A stretch of 64,000 nt of DNA. Source: Chlamydiota bacterium. Its GTDB lineage: Bacteria > Chlamydiota > Chlamydiia > Chlamydiales > Rhabdochlamydiaceae. The notes below the pieces were generated by a model. That model was given only the letters and a program-made list of their open reading frames with translations, had not been told where the DNA came from and ran no database searches. The stretch is from contig JABDCQ010000002.1 in assembly GCA_013288075.1 (NCBI GenBank), positions 32,447 through 96,446 of the forward strand. The letters run 5' to 3'. Shown piece after piece: positions 47,693 through 59,000 of this stretch. Position 1 is the stretch's first letter; every line of letters begins with the position of its first letter. The position numbers were made by a program, and so were the translations under genes.

Positions 47693-48883
47693 ATGGACCT
47701 TTTGAAGAAAATAGAGGGTGTTAAAAAGCATTTAGCCGAAGAGAAAATAGATGGCTGGCTCATTTACGATTTTCAGGGAATGAATCCCCTTGCAAGAGAT
47801 TTTCTTGAGATCTCTTCTGATGCGCATATTACACGCAGATACTTCTATTGGATTCCGAAGGAAGGCAGCCCCATAAAAATTGTCCCTTTTATCGAAAGCC
47901 ATATTTTAGATCATTTGCCAGGAGAGAAAAAAGTTTTTCTAGAATGGGAAGTGTTACATGCTGCTTTAAAAGAAGTCCTTCAAGGGAAAAAAGTTGTTGC
48001 GATGGAGTACTCTTCTAAGTGCGCGCTTCCTTATGTTTCTAAGGTAGATGCCGGAACAATTGATCTTGTAAGAGAGTGCGGAGTCGAAGTTGTAAGTTCA
48101 GCCTCCTTTTTGCAGCACTATAGCTGCGTATGGGATGATTTCATGCTTAAAAGCCACGAGCTTGCGGCTAAAGTTTTAGAAGATGCAGTAGATGCCACCT
48201 GGAGCCATATCGCAGCCTGCTTAAAGGAAAACATCTCCATTACGGAATACGAAGTTAGCCAATTTATTCTTGGGCAGATCCATAAAGCCGGTTGCATCAT
48301 GGACGGCGAGCCTATTTGCGCTTTTAATGAAAATAGCGCAAACCCTCACTATGGCCCTTCAAAAGAAGGCTCAAAAGTTCTTCAGAAAGGGGACCTGATC
48401 TTAATTGATCTTTGGTGTAAGAAAAAGGAAGAGAGAAGTGTCTATGCAGATATCACGCGCATAGCAGTAGCTGGTAAAAAACTTCCCGAAGAAATAGCTA
48501 AGGTATTTAAGATTGTTAGACTTGCCCAGAAAACAGCAACCGATTTCATCCAAGAAAAGTTGGATAAAAAACAAATAGTGAAGGGCTTTGAAGCAGATAG
48601 AGCGTGCAGAAAAGTCATAGAAGACGCCGGCTTTGGCAAATACTTTACCCATAGAACAGGGCATAACATCCACATCAATGCGCACGGCCCAGGAGCGCAT
48701 CTAGATAGCCTAGAAACACTCGATGATCGCCCTCTTATTGCCAAGACATGCTTCTCTATAGAGCCAGGCATTTACTTGCCCGGCAAATTTGGCATAAGAC
48801 TTGAGTACGATGTGTATATTAAAGAAGATGGCAAGCTTGTCATTACAGGCGGCATCCAAGAAGAGGCCGCCACCTTGGCTTAG
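47693..48883 (+). CDS. M24 Xaa-Pro aminopeptidase
   Basis: NPHY, IDLW, ADITR, HRTGH and SIEPGIY..GIRLE motifs. Confidence 0.9.
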   Translation: MDLLKKIEGVKKHLAEEKIDGWLIYDFQGMNPLARDFLEISSDAHITRRYFYWIPKEGSPIKIVPFIESHILDHLPGEKKVFLEWEVLHAALKEVLQGKKVVAMEYSSKCALPYVSKVDAGTIDLVRECGVEVVSSASFLQHYSCVWDDFMLKSHELAAKVLEDAVDATWSHIAACLKENISITEYEVSQFILGQIHKAGCIMDGEPICAFNENSANPHYGPSKEGSKVLQKGDLILIDLWCKKKEERSVYADITRIAVAGKKLPEEIAKVFKIVRLAQKTATDFIQEKLDKKQIVKGFEADRACRKVIEDAGFGKYFTHRTGHNIHINAHGPGAHLDSLETLDDRPLIAKTCFSIEPGIYLPGKFGIRLEYDVYIKEDGKLVITGGIQEEAATLA

Positions 48884-49795
48884 TTAGCTAGCAGGTGCAA
48901 TGTGTGTATTGGAAACCATGAGCTTTGCTAGGGCATAAACATCAGAACCTATGCCATCCCACGTCAAATGTCTTCCATTCAAAAATACTATTCCTCTATT
49001 GGCTATATCTTTTTCGACCATTTCATCTTGTAGTTCACTCTTAAGTTGAACTAGGCCGCGCATCTCATTTCTTGTTTTTGGGTCATAATCTTTGAAAGAA
49101 CGTTTGCATATTTCTTCAGGTTTTTGGATTATGCCAGAGTTCTGGAGAATAGTCTGAAAATACGCTGCATTAATTATTGCTTCTACACCTTTATCTTTTA
49201 GTTCTAAAGTTTTTGTACGGTTCTCCGAAACGAATTGTTCGACAGTTTTAGGCTCGAGATCTTTCGGTTCTTGTTTATTTATTTCATCGATTTTGTCTTT
49301 ATGCTCAGAATGGCGGTTAATATAAAACGAGCGGTAAGCTAAACAAGCGATTTGGTTTATTTCATCGATTTTTCGCTCTTCATCGGAAAGCTGATTCCAA
49401 TGGGTAATGTTTTTATTCCCTGCAGGAGCAGAAGGAGAGTGGAATGCTATAAAGTTATTGTAGATTTCTAGGGCGCCTTTTTCGACTTCAGCAATCTCTC
49501 GGTATTTGTTGCGCTCGGCTCCAATCTTTTTGACGAGTTTTGAGCCTCCTACCATGCTTGCAATAAGAGTTGTAGGGACAACAAAGATAAGAAGGTGTGT
49601 TTGTCCAAGAAGGCCAAGGGTGACGTTTATTGCAACAGCAACAGCGATAATCCCAATAATTGCTACAGCATAAAGGATTTTATAACGTGTTTCTTTGGTG
49701 CTTGCTACTTTGTAGCGGCTTTCAATAGTTTCAGTATTAGTCGGATCTAAATAAGTATTTATAGGTTGTTGTGATGTAATTGGATTGCTACTCAT
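48884..49795 (-). CDS. Inc-like protein with a bilobed hydrophobic domain
   Basis: S/P/T-rich N-terminus, ~45 aa bilobed hydrophobic stretch, then a hydrophilic tail; RBS aggagg. Confidence 0.65.
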   Translation of the reverse strand: MSSNPITSQQPINTYLDPTNTETIESRYKVASTKETRYKILYAVAIIGIIAVAVAINVTLGLLGQTHLLIFVVPTTLIASMVGGSKLVKKIGAERNKYREIAEVEKGALEIYNNFIAFHSPSAPAGNKNITHWNQLSDEERKIDEINQIACLAYRSFYINRHSEHKDKIDEINKQEPKDLEPKTVEQFVSENRTKTLELKDKGVEAIINAAYFQTILQNSGIIQKPEEICKRSFKDYDPKTRNEMRGLVQLKSELQDEMVEKDIANRGIVFLNGRHLTWDGIGSDVYALAKLMVSNTHIAPAS

Positions 49796-49956
49796 AAAAG
49801 CCTCCTAGCTTATATTTTGCCCGGCATTATACATGCAATCGATTAAGAATTAATTAATTTTCACATCAAAATAAAGAATGATGCATTTGATGCATATTCT
49901 AATTTTTCCTTTGCGAGTTTTTATCAGCCTCATAGAGGCGTACGCATTAACCTAAC

Positions 49957-50259
49957 TCTATTGTGGCCTTTATTGACGCAAAGGCGCAAAGGCGCGAAGA
50001 AAGCGCAAAGGTAAAACAGCTAGGGCTTTGGCCCTAGCTGTTTTACTATTGTTTTAAGGAAATTCAGAGGGGAGCAATCTCTAGTGAGGTAACATGTGAT
50101 GATAATTTCTTTGATCCCCTTTAAATACAATAGTGAACACAAAGAATGAAGATTTTTAAGAATGTAAAACATTCTTAAAAATCTTCATTCTTTGTGTTCA
50201 CCTTTGCGACTTCTTCCTTTGCTCCTTTGCGTCTTTGCGTCAATAAAAGCTACGATAGA
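49957..50259. repeat. Branched palindromic element, family B copy 2 (inverted)
   Basis: Reverse-complement homologue of 45619-45924 with compensatory changes. Confidence 0.9.
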
Positions 50260-50275
50260 TGAAGAAAAAGAGGTC

Positions 50276-50734
50276 TTAGGGTGAGGGGTGAGAGGAGGCG
50301 ACGAGGTGTTTAAGGGCTTCTTGCTTCATGCGGAGGTACATGGAGGAGAGGCCGTTGGAGCGGCCGGGGGTGAGAGAGGCATGGATGCCAAGGTCTTGCA
50401 GATAAGTTGCAGGAACCTTCAGGATAGCCTCTGGGGACTCTTCGTTATAGACGTATAGCAAAAGAGCTGCGAGGCCAGCCGAAATAAGGGCCTCAGAGCA
50501 CGCTGTGAACGTGATTTTGCCATTTTCTATAGAGCTATGCAAGTACATGGTGCTTTGGCATCCTTGCACAATATTTCCTTCTACCTTATAGGCAGGATCA
50601 AAAGGGGCTAAAGCTTTGCCAAGCTCGATGATTTTTTGATATCTGGCATCTGGCGAAGTGCAAGCTAAAAAAAGAATTTTTAATTCCTCTTGTTTTTGCA
50701 AGCAGGAGGTAAATAATGTGTCCATAGGCTCCAA
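50276..50734 (-). CDS. sufE: SufE-family protein
   Basis: RYQKIIELG, VQGCQS and LTPGRSNG motifs; upstream TTGACG-17-TATAAT. Confidence 0.9.
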   Translation of the reverse strand: MEPMDTLFTSCLQKQEELKILFLACTSPDARYQKIIELGKALAPFDPAYKVEGNIVQGCQSTMYLHSSIENGKITFTACSEALISAGLAALLLYVYNEESPEAILKVPATYLQDLGIHASLTPGRSNGLSSMYLRMKQEALKHLVASSHPSP

Positions 50735-50870
50735 TTATAAGGGCTAGCTAAGCGATTCGTCAAGCGTTACCTCTTTTTTACGGGTTTTTTCTGGTTTTAA
50801 TTGACAATAAAGCTTGCCGCGTGTTTATATTCTTTATATTTTAACTTGATTACCAAAGTAGCACATCCTT

Positions 50871-51089
50871 ATGCCTAAGGAAGATACCATAAAAATTGAT
50901 GGGAAGATTGAAGAACTACTTCCTAACATGCATTTTAGAGTAGTTCTTGAAAATGGGATGCACGTGATTGCGCATCTTTGCGGAAAAATGCGTATGCGAA
51001 ATATACGTGTTCTTGTGGGAGATACTGTGACCGTAGAAATGTCTCCTTACGATCTGACTAAAGCACGAATCATCTACCGTCAGAAATAA
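50871..51089 (+). CDS. infA: Translation initiation factor IF-1
   Basis: KEDTI..G...E.LPN, GKMR and SPYDL motifs. Confidence 0.97.
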   Translation: MPKEDTIKIDGKIEELLPNMHFRVVLENGMHVIAHLCGKMRMRNIRVLVGDTVTVEMSPYDLTKARIIYRQK

Positions 51090-51174
51090 CTTTTTTCTGA
51101 AGTGAAAGCTTTGGTGTTGATTTTTTTTAGATTACAGAATAAGCTTTAGTGCTTTTGCGGAATATTGTGATTTC

Positions 51175-51246
51175 GCCCAGATAGCTCAGTGGTAGAGCAC
51201 TTGCATGGTAAGCAAGGGGTCGTAGGTTCGATTCCTATTTTGGGCA
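51175..51246 (+). tRNA. tRNA-Thr(GGT)
   Basis: Cloverleaf with anticodon arm cttgc-atGGTaa-gcaag. Confidence 0.95.
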
Positions 51247-51311
51247 AAAAGATCAAGTTACTAAAATTTTATAGTTCATTTTTAAACATACCGACTTAGC
51301 GGAGGAATATC

Positions 51312-52496
51312 ATGGCAAAAGAAACCTTTCAAAGGAATAAGCCACACGTAAATATTGGAACCATTGGTCACGTTGACCACGGCAAAACATCTTTAACAGC
51401 TGCGATTACAAAAGTTTTGGCAACAAAAGGTGGAGCAAAGTTCCGTGACTATGCATCAATCGACAATACACCAGAAGAAAAAGCTCGTGGTATTACGATT
51501 AACTCAACACACGTAGAATACGAAACAGCTGCACGTCACTATGCGCACGTCGACTGCCCTGGACACGCTGACTACATTAAAAACATGATTACTGGTGCTG
51601 CACAAATGGACGGAGCAATCCTCGTTGTAGCTGCAACAGATGGTGCTATGCCTCAAACAAAAGAACACATCCTCCTAGCGCGCCAAGTGGGTGTTCCAGC
51701 TATTGTTGTGTTCCTAAACAAAATGGACATGATCGGCAAGGGCGACGAAGACCTCGTTGAGCTTGTTGAAGTAGAACTTCAAGAACTTCTAGAAGCTAAA
51801 GGTTACAAAGATGTACCTATTATCCGCGGTTCTGCATTGAAAGCTCTTGAAGGCGATCCAGAGTATACTAAGGCTATTGAAAAACTTATGCAAACAGTGG
51901 ATGAAAAGATCCCTACTCCTGCACGTGAAGTTGACAAGCCTTTCTTAATGCCTATCGAAGACGTATTCTCTATTTCTGGCCGCGGTACTGTATGTACAGG
52001 ACGTGTTGAAAGAGGGATTGTAAAAGTTAACGATAAGCTTCAGCTTATTGGAATTAGAGAAACACGTGAAACTGTTGCTACAGGTCTTGAGATGTTTAAT
52101 AAACTTCTCGACGAAGCAAGAGCTGGTGAGAACGTAGGAATTCTGCTTAGAGGTCTTGAGAAAAAAGATATCGAGCGTGGAATGATCCTATGCGCACCAA
52201 ACACATGTAAACCTCACACAAAGTTCATGGGAACTATTTACGTTCTCAATAAAGAAGAAGGTGGTCGTCATAAGCCATTCTTTAGCGGATACCGTCCTCA
52301 GTTCTATTTCAGAACAACAGACGTAACGGGAACTGTGACTTTACCTGAAGGCGTAGAGATGATTATGCCAGGTGATAACGTTGAGCTTATAGCTGAACTT
52401 ATCCACCCGATTGCTATGGAAGAAGGCATGAGATTTGCTATCCGTGAGGGCGGCAAAACAATTGGTGCTGGAACTGTTTCTAAGATCTTACAATAA
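51312..52496 (+). CDS. tuf: Elongation factor Tu
   Basis: [16 protein letters not shown] and NKMD motifs. Confidence 0.99.
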   Translation: MAKETFQRNKPHVNIGTIGHVDHGKTSLTAAITKVLATKGGAKFRDYASIDNTPEEKARGITINSTHVEYETAARHYAHVDCPGHADYIKNMITGAAQMDGAILVVAATDGAMPQTKEHILLARQVGVPAIVVFLNKMDMIGKGDEDLVELVEVELQELLEAKGYKDVPIIRGSALKALEGDPEYTKAIEKLMQTVDEKIPTPAREVDKPFLMPIEDVFSISGRGTVCTGRVERGIVKVNDKLQLIGIRETRETVATGLEMFNKLLDEARAGENVGILLRGLEKKDIERGMILCAPNTCKPHTKFMGTIYVLNKEEGGRHKPFFSGYRPQFYFRTTDVTGTVTLPEGVEMIMPGDNVELIAELIHPIAMEEGMRFAIREGGKTIGAGTVSKILQ

Positions 52497-52504
52497 GGTC
52501 TACT

Positions 52505-52543
52505 TTTAAGAATAGCGGTCTCACAAGGGCTGCTATTCTTAAA
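52505..52543 (+). terminator. Hairpin after tuf
   Basis: tttaagaatagcggtc pairs with ggctgctattcttaaa. Confidence 0.6.
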
Positions 52544-52609
52544 TATACACGGTGAATAGTAAATAGCGAGTAAGTTACTTGCTCATTATTTAGTATTCAT
52601 GGTTCGTGC

Positions 52610-52682
52610 GGGTGAGTAGCTCAGCTGGTAGAGCAGCGATCTCCAAAGTCGCTGGTCGGGGGTTCGAATCCCTCCTCACTCG
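52610..52682 (+). tRNA. tRNA-Trp(CCA)
   Basis: Cloverleaf with anticodon arm gcgat-ctCCAaa-gtcgc. Confidence 0.95.
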
Positions 52683-52749
52683 TATATGCTTAATTAAAAT
52701 AGTGAAGTTGAAAAGTGAAGTTGAAACAGGGGCGTTAGGCGTGACAATA

Positions 52750-53001
52750 ATGGAATCGAAGGAAAAACCTATTATAAACATTGAAGGTTCCTCGCGTAGA
52801 GAACCTAAAGTGAGCTTTTTTAGCGGAATCAAGGAAGAACTTAAAAAAATTTCTTGGACAACTAAGGCAGAGCTTTTCTTTTTTACTAAGGTTGTTGTGA
52901 TCGCCACTTTCGCTTTTGGAATGGGAATTTACATGATAGACCTTATCGTCAAGGGTGGACTTGAGGCTACAGGTTACATTGTTCATCTGATTTTCGGATA
53001 A
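52750..53001 (+). CDS. secE: Preprotein translocase SecE
   Basis: ELKKISW motif plus one TM; lies between tRNA-Trp and nusG. Confidence 0.9.
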   Translation: MESKEKPIINIEGSSRREPKVSFFSGIKEELKKISWTTKAELFFFTKVVVIATFAFGMGIYMIDLIVKGGLEATGYIVHLIFG

Positions 53002-53024
53002 GTTAGTATATATAAGGGTTAAAC

Positions 53025-53573
53025 ATGCAAAAATGGTACGTAGTTCAGGTCATATCTAATCAGGAAAAAAAGGTTAAAAAAGCGCTTGAAGATAATCGCG
53101 AAGCTCAAGGGATGACCGAGCTTGTTGGAGAAGTTTTGGTTCCTACCGAAAATGTTGCCGAAGTAAAAGGCGGACAGCAAAAGGTGAGTGAGAAAAAACT
53201 TTGGCCCGGTTACATCTTAGTTAAACTTAATTTGACTGACGATTCTTGGATGTACATAAAAAATACAAATGGGATTATCGATTTTCTTGGAGGGCCTAAG
53301 CCTGAAGCTCTTTCTCAATCAGAAGTGGATGAAATCCTAAAAGATTTAGAAGAGAAGAAAAAAGGTGTTGTTCAGAAGCATAATATCACTGCCGGCGACA
53401 AAGTTAAAATTGTGGATGGTGTGTTTGTTAACTTTATCGGTACGGTCACAGAAGTATTCCACGATAAAGGGCGCCTTAGCGTTCTTGTATCGATCTTTGG
53501 TCGCGAAACAAGGGTGGATGATTTAGAGTTTTGGCAAGTGGAAGAAGCTCCCTTGGATGCAGACGGCTCTTAA
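53025..53573 (+). CDS. nusG: Transcription factor NusG
   Basis: WYVVQ, PGY and KOW motifs; IFGRET. Confidence 0.97.
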   Translation: MQKWYVVQVISNQEKKVKKALEDNREAQGMTELVGEVLVPTENVAEVKGGQQKVSEKKLWPGYILVKLNLTDDSWMYIKNTNGIIDFLGGPKPEALSQSEVDEILKDLEEKKKGVVQKHNITAGDKVKIVDGVFVNFIGTVTEVFHDKGRLSVLVSIFGRETRVDDLEFWQVEEAPLDADGS

Positions 53574-53671
53574 AAAATAGCAATAAATGAAAATGATCTA
53601 GAAGAAAATGCCTAAATGTTTAATAATGTCGGCAGTTTTTCTAGACCAGCGTTAAAAAAATTGGATAGCAT

Positions 53672-54097
53672 ATGGCAAAAAAATTAATTAAAAAAATCAA
53701 GTTGCAAATCCCTGCCGGTAAGGCAAATCCAGCACCTCCAATTGGTCCAGCTCTTGGATCTGCAGGTGTGAACATTATGGGATTCTGTAAAGAATTTAAT
53801 GCGAAGACACAAGACAGAATAGGAGATATTCTTCCTGTTGAAATTTCTGTTTTCTCAGATAAAACCTTTACCTTTATTACAAAGCAACCTCCTGTATCTC
53901 GCTTAATTCTTAAGGAATTAGGTCTTGAATCAGGCTCAAAAGTTCCTAACAGAGATAAAGTAGGGAAACTTACTTTGGCTCAAGTGAAGAAAATAGCAAA
54001 ACAAAAAACTCCTGATATGAGAATTACTTCAGAAGAAGCTGGACTGCAGCTTGTTAAGGGTACAGCTCGTTCTATGGGTGTAGATATTGTTGACTAA
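53672..54097 (+). CDS. rplK: 50S ribosomal protein L11
   Basis: [12 protein letters not shown] motif. Confidence 0.98.
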   Translation: MAKKLIKKIKLQIPAGKANPAPPIGPALGSAGVNIMGFCKEFNAKTQDRIGDILPVEISVFSDKTFTFITKQPPVSRLILKELGLESGSKVPNRDKVGKLTLAQVKKIAKQKTPDMRITSEEAGLQLVKGTARSMGVDIVD

Positions 54098-54146
54098 CCC
54101 GCAAGGGGAGGCGAAAATTTTTTCGCCTTAATTATAAATGGAAGAT

Positions 54147-54845
54147 ATGGCGCAAAAAAGTAAGAGATTTCGGGAGATAGATAAAGTAGTGAATAGAGAA
54201 AAACTCTATACACTTCCTGAAGCTATCGAAGTTTTAAAGAAATGTCCGGCTGTTAAATTTGATCAGTCGGTCGATGTATCGCTCGTTACTGGCGTTGATA
54301 TCCGCAAATCAGACCAACAAGTACGTGGAACTGTGTCATTACCGAATGGTACAGGAAAAACTTGCGTAATTGTCGTTTTTGCAAGAGGGGACAAAGTGAA
54401 AGAAGCCCAAGATGCAGGAGCGGATATTGTTGGTAATGATGATTTATTTGAAAGAATAAAGGCGGGTTGGACCGATTTTGATGCGGTCATTTCAACACCG
54501 GATATGATGCGAGAAGTGGGAAAGTTGGGTAAAGTTCTAGGTCCTAGAGGTCTTATGCCAACTCCTAAAGCAGGCACAGTAACAGCAGATGTTGCAAAAG
54601 CAATCACTGAAGTTAGAGCCGGTAAAGTAGAGTTTAAATCAGATAAGAGCGGTGTTGTCAACAATATGGTTGGTAAACTCTCTTTTTCTCCTGAGAAATT
54701 AATGGAGAATATCCATTCGTTTTTAGCAGCTGTTTCCAGGGTTAAACCTGTTTCAGCTAAAGGGGTATATCTGAGGACTCTCGTATTATCCTCGACCATG
54801 GGTCCCGGATTAAAAATTGATCTTCATTCTGTATCTGAAATTTAA
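54147..54845 (+). CDS. rplA: 50S ribosomal protein L1
   Basis: LGPRGLMP and STMGPG motifs. Confidence 0.98.
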   Translation: MAQKSKRFREIDKVVNREKLYTLPEAIEVLKKCPAVKFDQSVDVSLVTGVDIRKSDQQVRGTVSLPNGTGKTCVIVVFARGDKVKEAQDAGADIVGNDDLFERIKAGWTDFDAVISTPDMMREVGKLGKVLGPRGLMPTPKAGTVTADVAKAITEVRAGKVEFKSDKSGVVNNMVGKLSFSPEKLMENIHSFLAAVSRVKPVSAKGVYLRTLVLSSTMGPGLKIDLHSVSEI

Positions 54846-54856
54846 GGAGATTGCTG

Positions 54857-55372
54857 ATGAGACAAGAAAAGCAACTACTTTTGGATGAGATCAAAGACAA
54901 AATTGATCAGTCATCGGCGATGGTGTTAACCTGCTATAGCAACTTAACGCCAAACATGGCAGCTGATTTCAGAATGAAAGTGAGCAGCTCCGGCGGCATT
55001 TTCGAGGTAGTACGTAAGAGAATGCTTATTAAAGCAGCTCAAGCGTCTGGATTTGCTTTAGATCACAAGATGTTAGAAGGTCATATTGGCGTTATTTTTG
55101 CGCTAAGCGATCCTGTATCTGTGACAAAAGCTATTTATGACTACCGCCAAGGAAATCAAGAGGTGCTTAAAGTTTTAGGTGGAAGATTTGAAGGAAAAAT
55201 CTGCACTGCGAACGATATTGAGCAAATCTCTAAATTGCCATCAAAAGACGAAATGCGCGCGCAATTCCTAGGAACGCTCGAAGCACCTCTTTCTCAGACA
55301 CTTGCCGTGATGGAAGCACTGCTAACAAGCGTCATTTATTGCTTAGAAAACAAAGAACAACAAAACTCTTAA
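54857..55372 (+). CDS. rplJ: 50S ribosomal protein L10
   Basis: Position in the operon and KLPSKDE motif. Confidence 0.93.
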   Translation: MRQEKQLLLDEIKDKIDQSSAMVLTCYSNLTPNMAADFRMKVSSSGGIFEVVRKRMLIKAAQASGFALDHKMLEGHIGVIFALSDPVSVTKAIYDYRQGNQEVLKVLGGRFEGKICTANDIEQISKLPSKDEMRAQFLGTLEAPLSQTLAVMEALLTSVIYCLENKEQQNS

Positions 55373-55401
55373 CATTATAACATTATCATAGAGGTAATCC
55401 C

Positions 55402-55791
55402 GTGAGCAAACAAACATTAGAACAACTCGTTGAACACTTAAGTGAACTTAGCGTTTTAGACATGTCTAAACTTAAAGCTGCATTAGAAGAAAAGTGGGGC
55501 GTTAAAGCTGCTGCTGCAGCTCCTGTAATGATGGCTGCTGCTGCACCTGCTGCTGCTGCTGCTGCAGAATCTACAGAGTTCAAAGTAACTCTTGAAGACT
55601 CTGCTGCTGATAAGAAAATCGGCGTTATTAAAGTAGTTCGTGAAATTACAGGACTTGGACTTAAAGAAGCGAAAGATCTCGTAGAAGGAGCTCCAAAAGC
55701 TCTAAAAGAATCTACAACTAAAGCTGATGCTGATGATATCGCTAAAAAGATAGAAGCAGCTGGTGGAAAAGTAAGTGTAAAAGGTCTTTAA
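55402..55791 (+). CDS. rplL: 50S ribosomal protein L7/L12
   Basis: Ala-rich hinge and TGLGLKEAK motif. Confidence 0.98.
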   Translation: MSKQTLEQLVEHLSELSVLDMSKLKAALEEKWGVKAAAAAPVMMAAAAPAAAAAAESTEFKVTLEDSAADKKIGVIKVVREITGLGLKEAKDLVEGAPKALKESTTKADADDIAKKIEAAGGKVSVKGL

Positions 55792-55809
55792 TAGACGACT
55801 AACTTCCAG

Positions 55810-55850
55810 GAGCAGAGGGGTATGAACTACCCCTCTGCTCTTTGTTGTTT
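55810..55850 (+). terminator. Intrinsic terminator/attenuator between rplL and rpoB
   Basis: gagcagaggggta pairs with tacccctctgctc, followed by a T-rich tail. Confidence 0.8.
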
Positions 55851-56059
55851 ATAAAAATTTTTATTCCTCACGTTGCATTGGTGATGAGTTTTTGAAAGAA
55901 AAAACTTTTCGTTAATGTGTGGGGTTGTTATTATTTATAAGCTGGTTGCTGCGTAAACATTTTTCTGTACTTTTTTATGAAAGTGCCAACGAACGCGCGC
56001 TCCAGTTATACAGATCCTAAGGTTATCCAAGACAAAGTCATATTTTTAGGAGCCATTCA

Positions 56060-59000
56060 ATGCTTAAAAGGCCACCACAGAGGGTGAGTTTTCGTGAAAA
56101 GGAAGAGATTATCGATCTTCCAAACCTCATTGAAATCCAGATTAAATCCTACAATCAGTTTTTGCAAACTAATAAATTGCCTCATGAAAGAGAAAATGTA
56201 GGGATCCAGGAAGTATTCACTGAGATATTCCCTATAAAATCTTACGATGAAAAAACAATCCTCGAATATCTATCTTACAGTTTAGGTGTACCTAAATACA
56301 CACCTGAGGAATGCATTCGAAGAGGGATTACTTATAACGTTACGCTTAAGATTAAATTCCGCTTAACAGATGAAACCGGGATTAAGGAAGAAGAAGTTTA
56401 CATGGGTACCTTACCTGTCATGACAGAAAAAGGTACATTTATTATTAATGGAGCAGAAAGAGTTATTGTTTCTCAGCTTCACCGCTCTCCAGGTATTTCT
56501 TTTGAGCAAGAAAGACACCCTAAAGGGATGACTATCTATTCTTGCCGCATTATTCCTTATCGTGGAAGCTGGCTTGAAGGCGCCTTTGATACAAACGATC
56601 TTATTTATATTTACGTCGATCGTAAAAAACGTCGTAGAAAAGTTCTTGCTACCTCCTTTATTAGAACCCTTGGGTTTTCCACTGATGCCGATATCATCGA
56701 AGAGTTTTTTAGCACCATTAAAGTAAAAATCCGCTCTGAAAAAGATTTTACTAAGCTTGTTGGAAAAATTCTTGCAGAAGACGTGATTGAAGAAGCTTCT
56801 GGAGTAGTCTTTGGTAAGGCTTCTGAAAAACTTACAACGGCCATGCTTAAGAGAATGCTTGATGCTGAAATCACTTCTGTGCGTATTGCAGAAGATGCAG
56901 ATGAAACAAGCCCTATCATTAAGATGCTCGCAAAAGATCCAACAGATTCTTATGAATCGGCGCTAAAAGATTTTTACCGAAAAATTAGACCAGGTGAACC
57001 TGCGACTCTTTCGAATGCAAGATCTGCTATTATGCGTCTTTTCTTCGATCCGAAGCGTTATAATTTGGGCAAGGTTGGTCGCTACAAACTAAACAGTAAA
57101 CTAGGCATTCCAACAACCGATGAAGAGCTCCTAAATGTCACTCTTCGTAAAGAAGATGTGGTAGGCGCTGTTAAGTATTTAATCCGTTTGAAAAAAGGCG
57201 ATGAAAATGCTGTTGTAGACGATATTGACCACTTAGGCAATAGACGTGTGCGCTCTGTCGGAGAGCTTATCCAGAATCAGTGCCGTGTAGGGCTTGCTCG
57301 TATGGAGAAAATCATTAAAGAAAGAATGAATCTTTTTGATTTCTCTTCCGATACATTGACTCCTGGTAAAGTTGTTTCTGCAAAAGGACTTGCTGGAGTG
57401 CTAAAAGACTTCTTTGGAAGATCTCAGCTTTCTCAGTTCATGGACCAAACAAACCCTGTGGCAGAACTTACGCATAAACGTAGATTGTCTTCTCTTGGGC
57501 CAGGCGGCTTGAATAGAGAACGTGCAGGCTTTGAAGTGCGTGACGTTCATCCTAGCCACTACGGAAGAATTTGCCCGATTGAAACACCTGAAGGTCCAAA
57601 CATTGGACTTATCACATCTCTTTCTTCATTTGCGAAAATCAATGAATTCGGATTTATCGAGACTCCTTATAGAATTGTAAGAAATGGGGTTGTTACAGAT
57701 GAAATTGAATACATGACAGCAGACCAAGAAGAACATTGCGTGATTGCTCAGGCCTCCGCTCCTCTTGATGAACTTCATATGTTCGTAGAGCCTTTATGCT
57801 GGGCTAGATTTCGCGGCGAATCTTTGAAAATTGATACAGCGAAAATCACCCACATGGACGTTTCTTCTAAGCAGCTTGTCTCTATTGTAACAGGACTTAT
57901 CCCGTTCTTAGAGCACGATGATGCTAACCGTGCGCTTATGGGTTCGAACATGCAACGTCAAGGTGTTCCTCTACTTAAAACAGATGCTCCTATTGTAGGA
58001 ACAGGATTAGAAGCGCGAACAGCTCGCGATTCCGGTGCTGTTATTATTGCAGAGGAAGATGGTGTTGTAGAGTTTGCTGATGCATTTAAAATCACAGTTG
58101 CTGCAAAAGCTAATCCATTAAATAAAAAGACGTATGTCCTTAAAAAGTTCCTCCGCTCCAATGCAGGAACCTGTGTTAACCAAACGCCTATCTGTACGGT
58201 AGGGGATGTGGTAAAAGCAGGCGATGTGATTGCAGATGGTCCGGCAACTGATAAAGGAGAGGTCGCTCTAGGTAAAAACGTTCTTGTAGCCTTCATGCCT
58301 TGGTGTGGATATAACTACGAGGATGCGATCATCATCTCTGAAAAACTTTTAAGAGAAGACTATTATACCTCAATTTATCTAGAAGAGTTTGAACTTACAG
58401 CGCGTGATACTAAATTAGGAAAAGAAGAGATCACAAAAGACATACCTAATGTCTCAGAAGAAGCTCTTTCTAATCTTGGTGATGATGGGATTATTCGTGT
58501 AGGTGCCGAAGTAAAACCAGGTGATATCCTTGTTGGAAAAATCACTCCTAAAACAGAAACAGAGCTTGCTCCTGAAGAAAGACTTTTAAGAGCTATTTTT
58601 GGTGAGAAAGCAGCTGATGTTAAAGATGCTTCCTTAACAGCTCCTCCAGGTACTGAAGGGATTGTTATGGATGTTAAAGTCTTTAGCAGACGTGATAGAC
58701 TTTCCAAAACAGATGATGAGCTTGTAGAAGAAACTTCTAGAATCAAGAACATTCACCACGATTATAAAGCGCGTGAAGCGGAAATTCTTATGGAATTCCA
58801 CGAGAAGGTTGGAGCTCTCCTTTTAGGAGAAAATGCGCCAGGCCCTATCATGCACAGAAAAACAGGTGATATCCTTATTAGAGAAGGCGAAGAGATCACT
58901 CAAGAGATGATCGAGACTTTGGAAACAGAAAAAGTGGAAGATCTTATTATCTCTGATCATGAGCTTTATACTGCTTTAAAAGAAATTCTTATTCATTTCG

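Noticed and set aside
52606..52749. Long N-terminal extension of SecE
   Set aside because: It overlaps tRNA-Trp; the true start is probably 52750.
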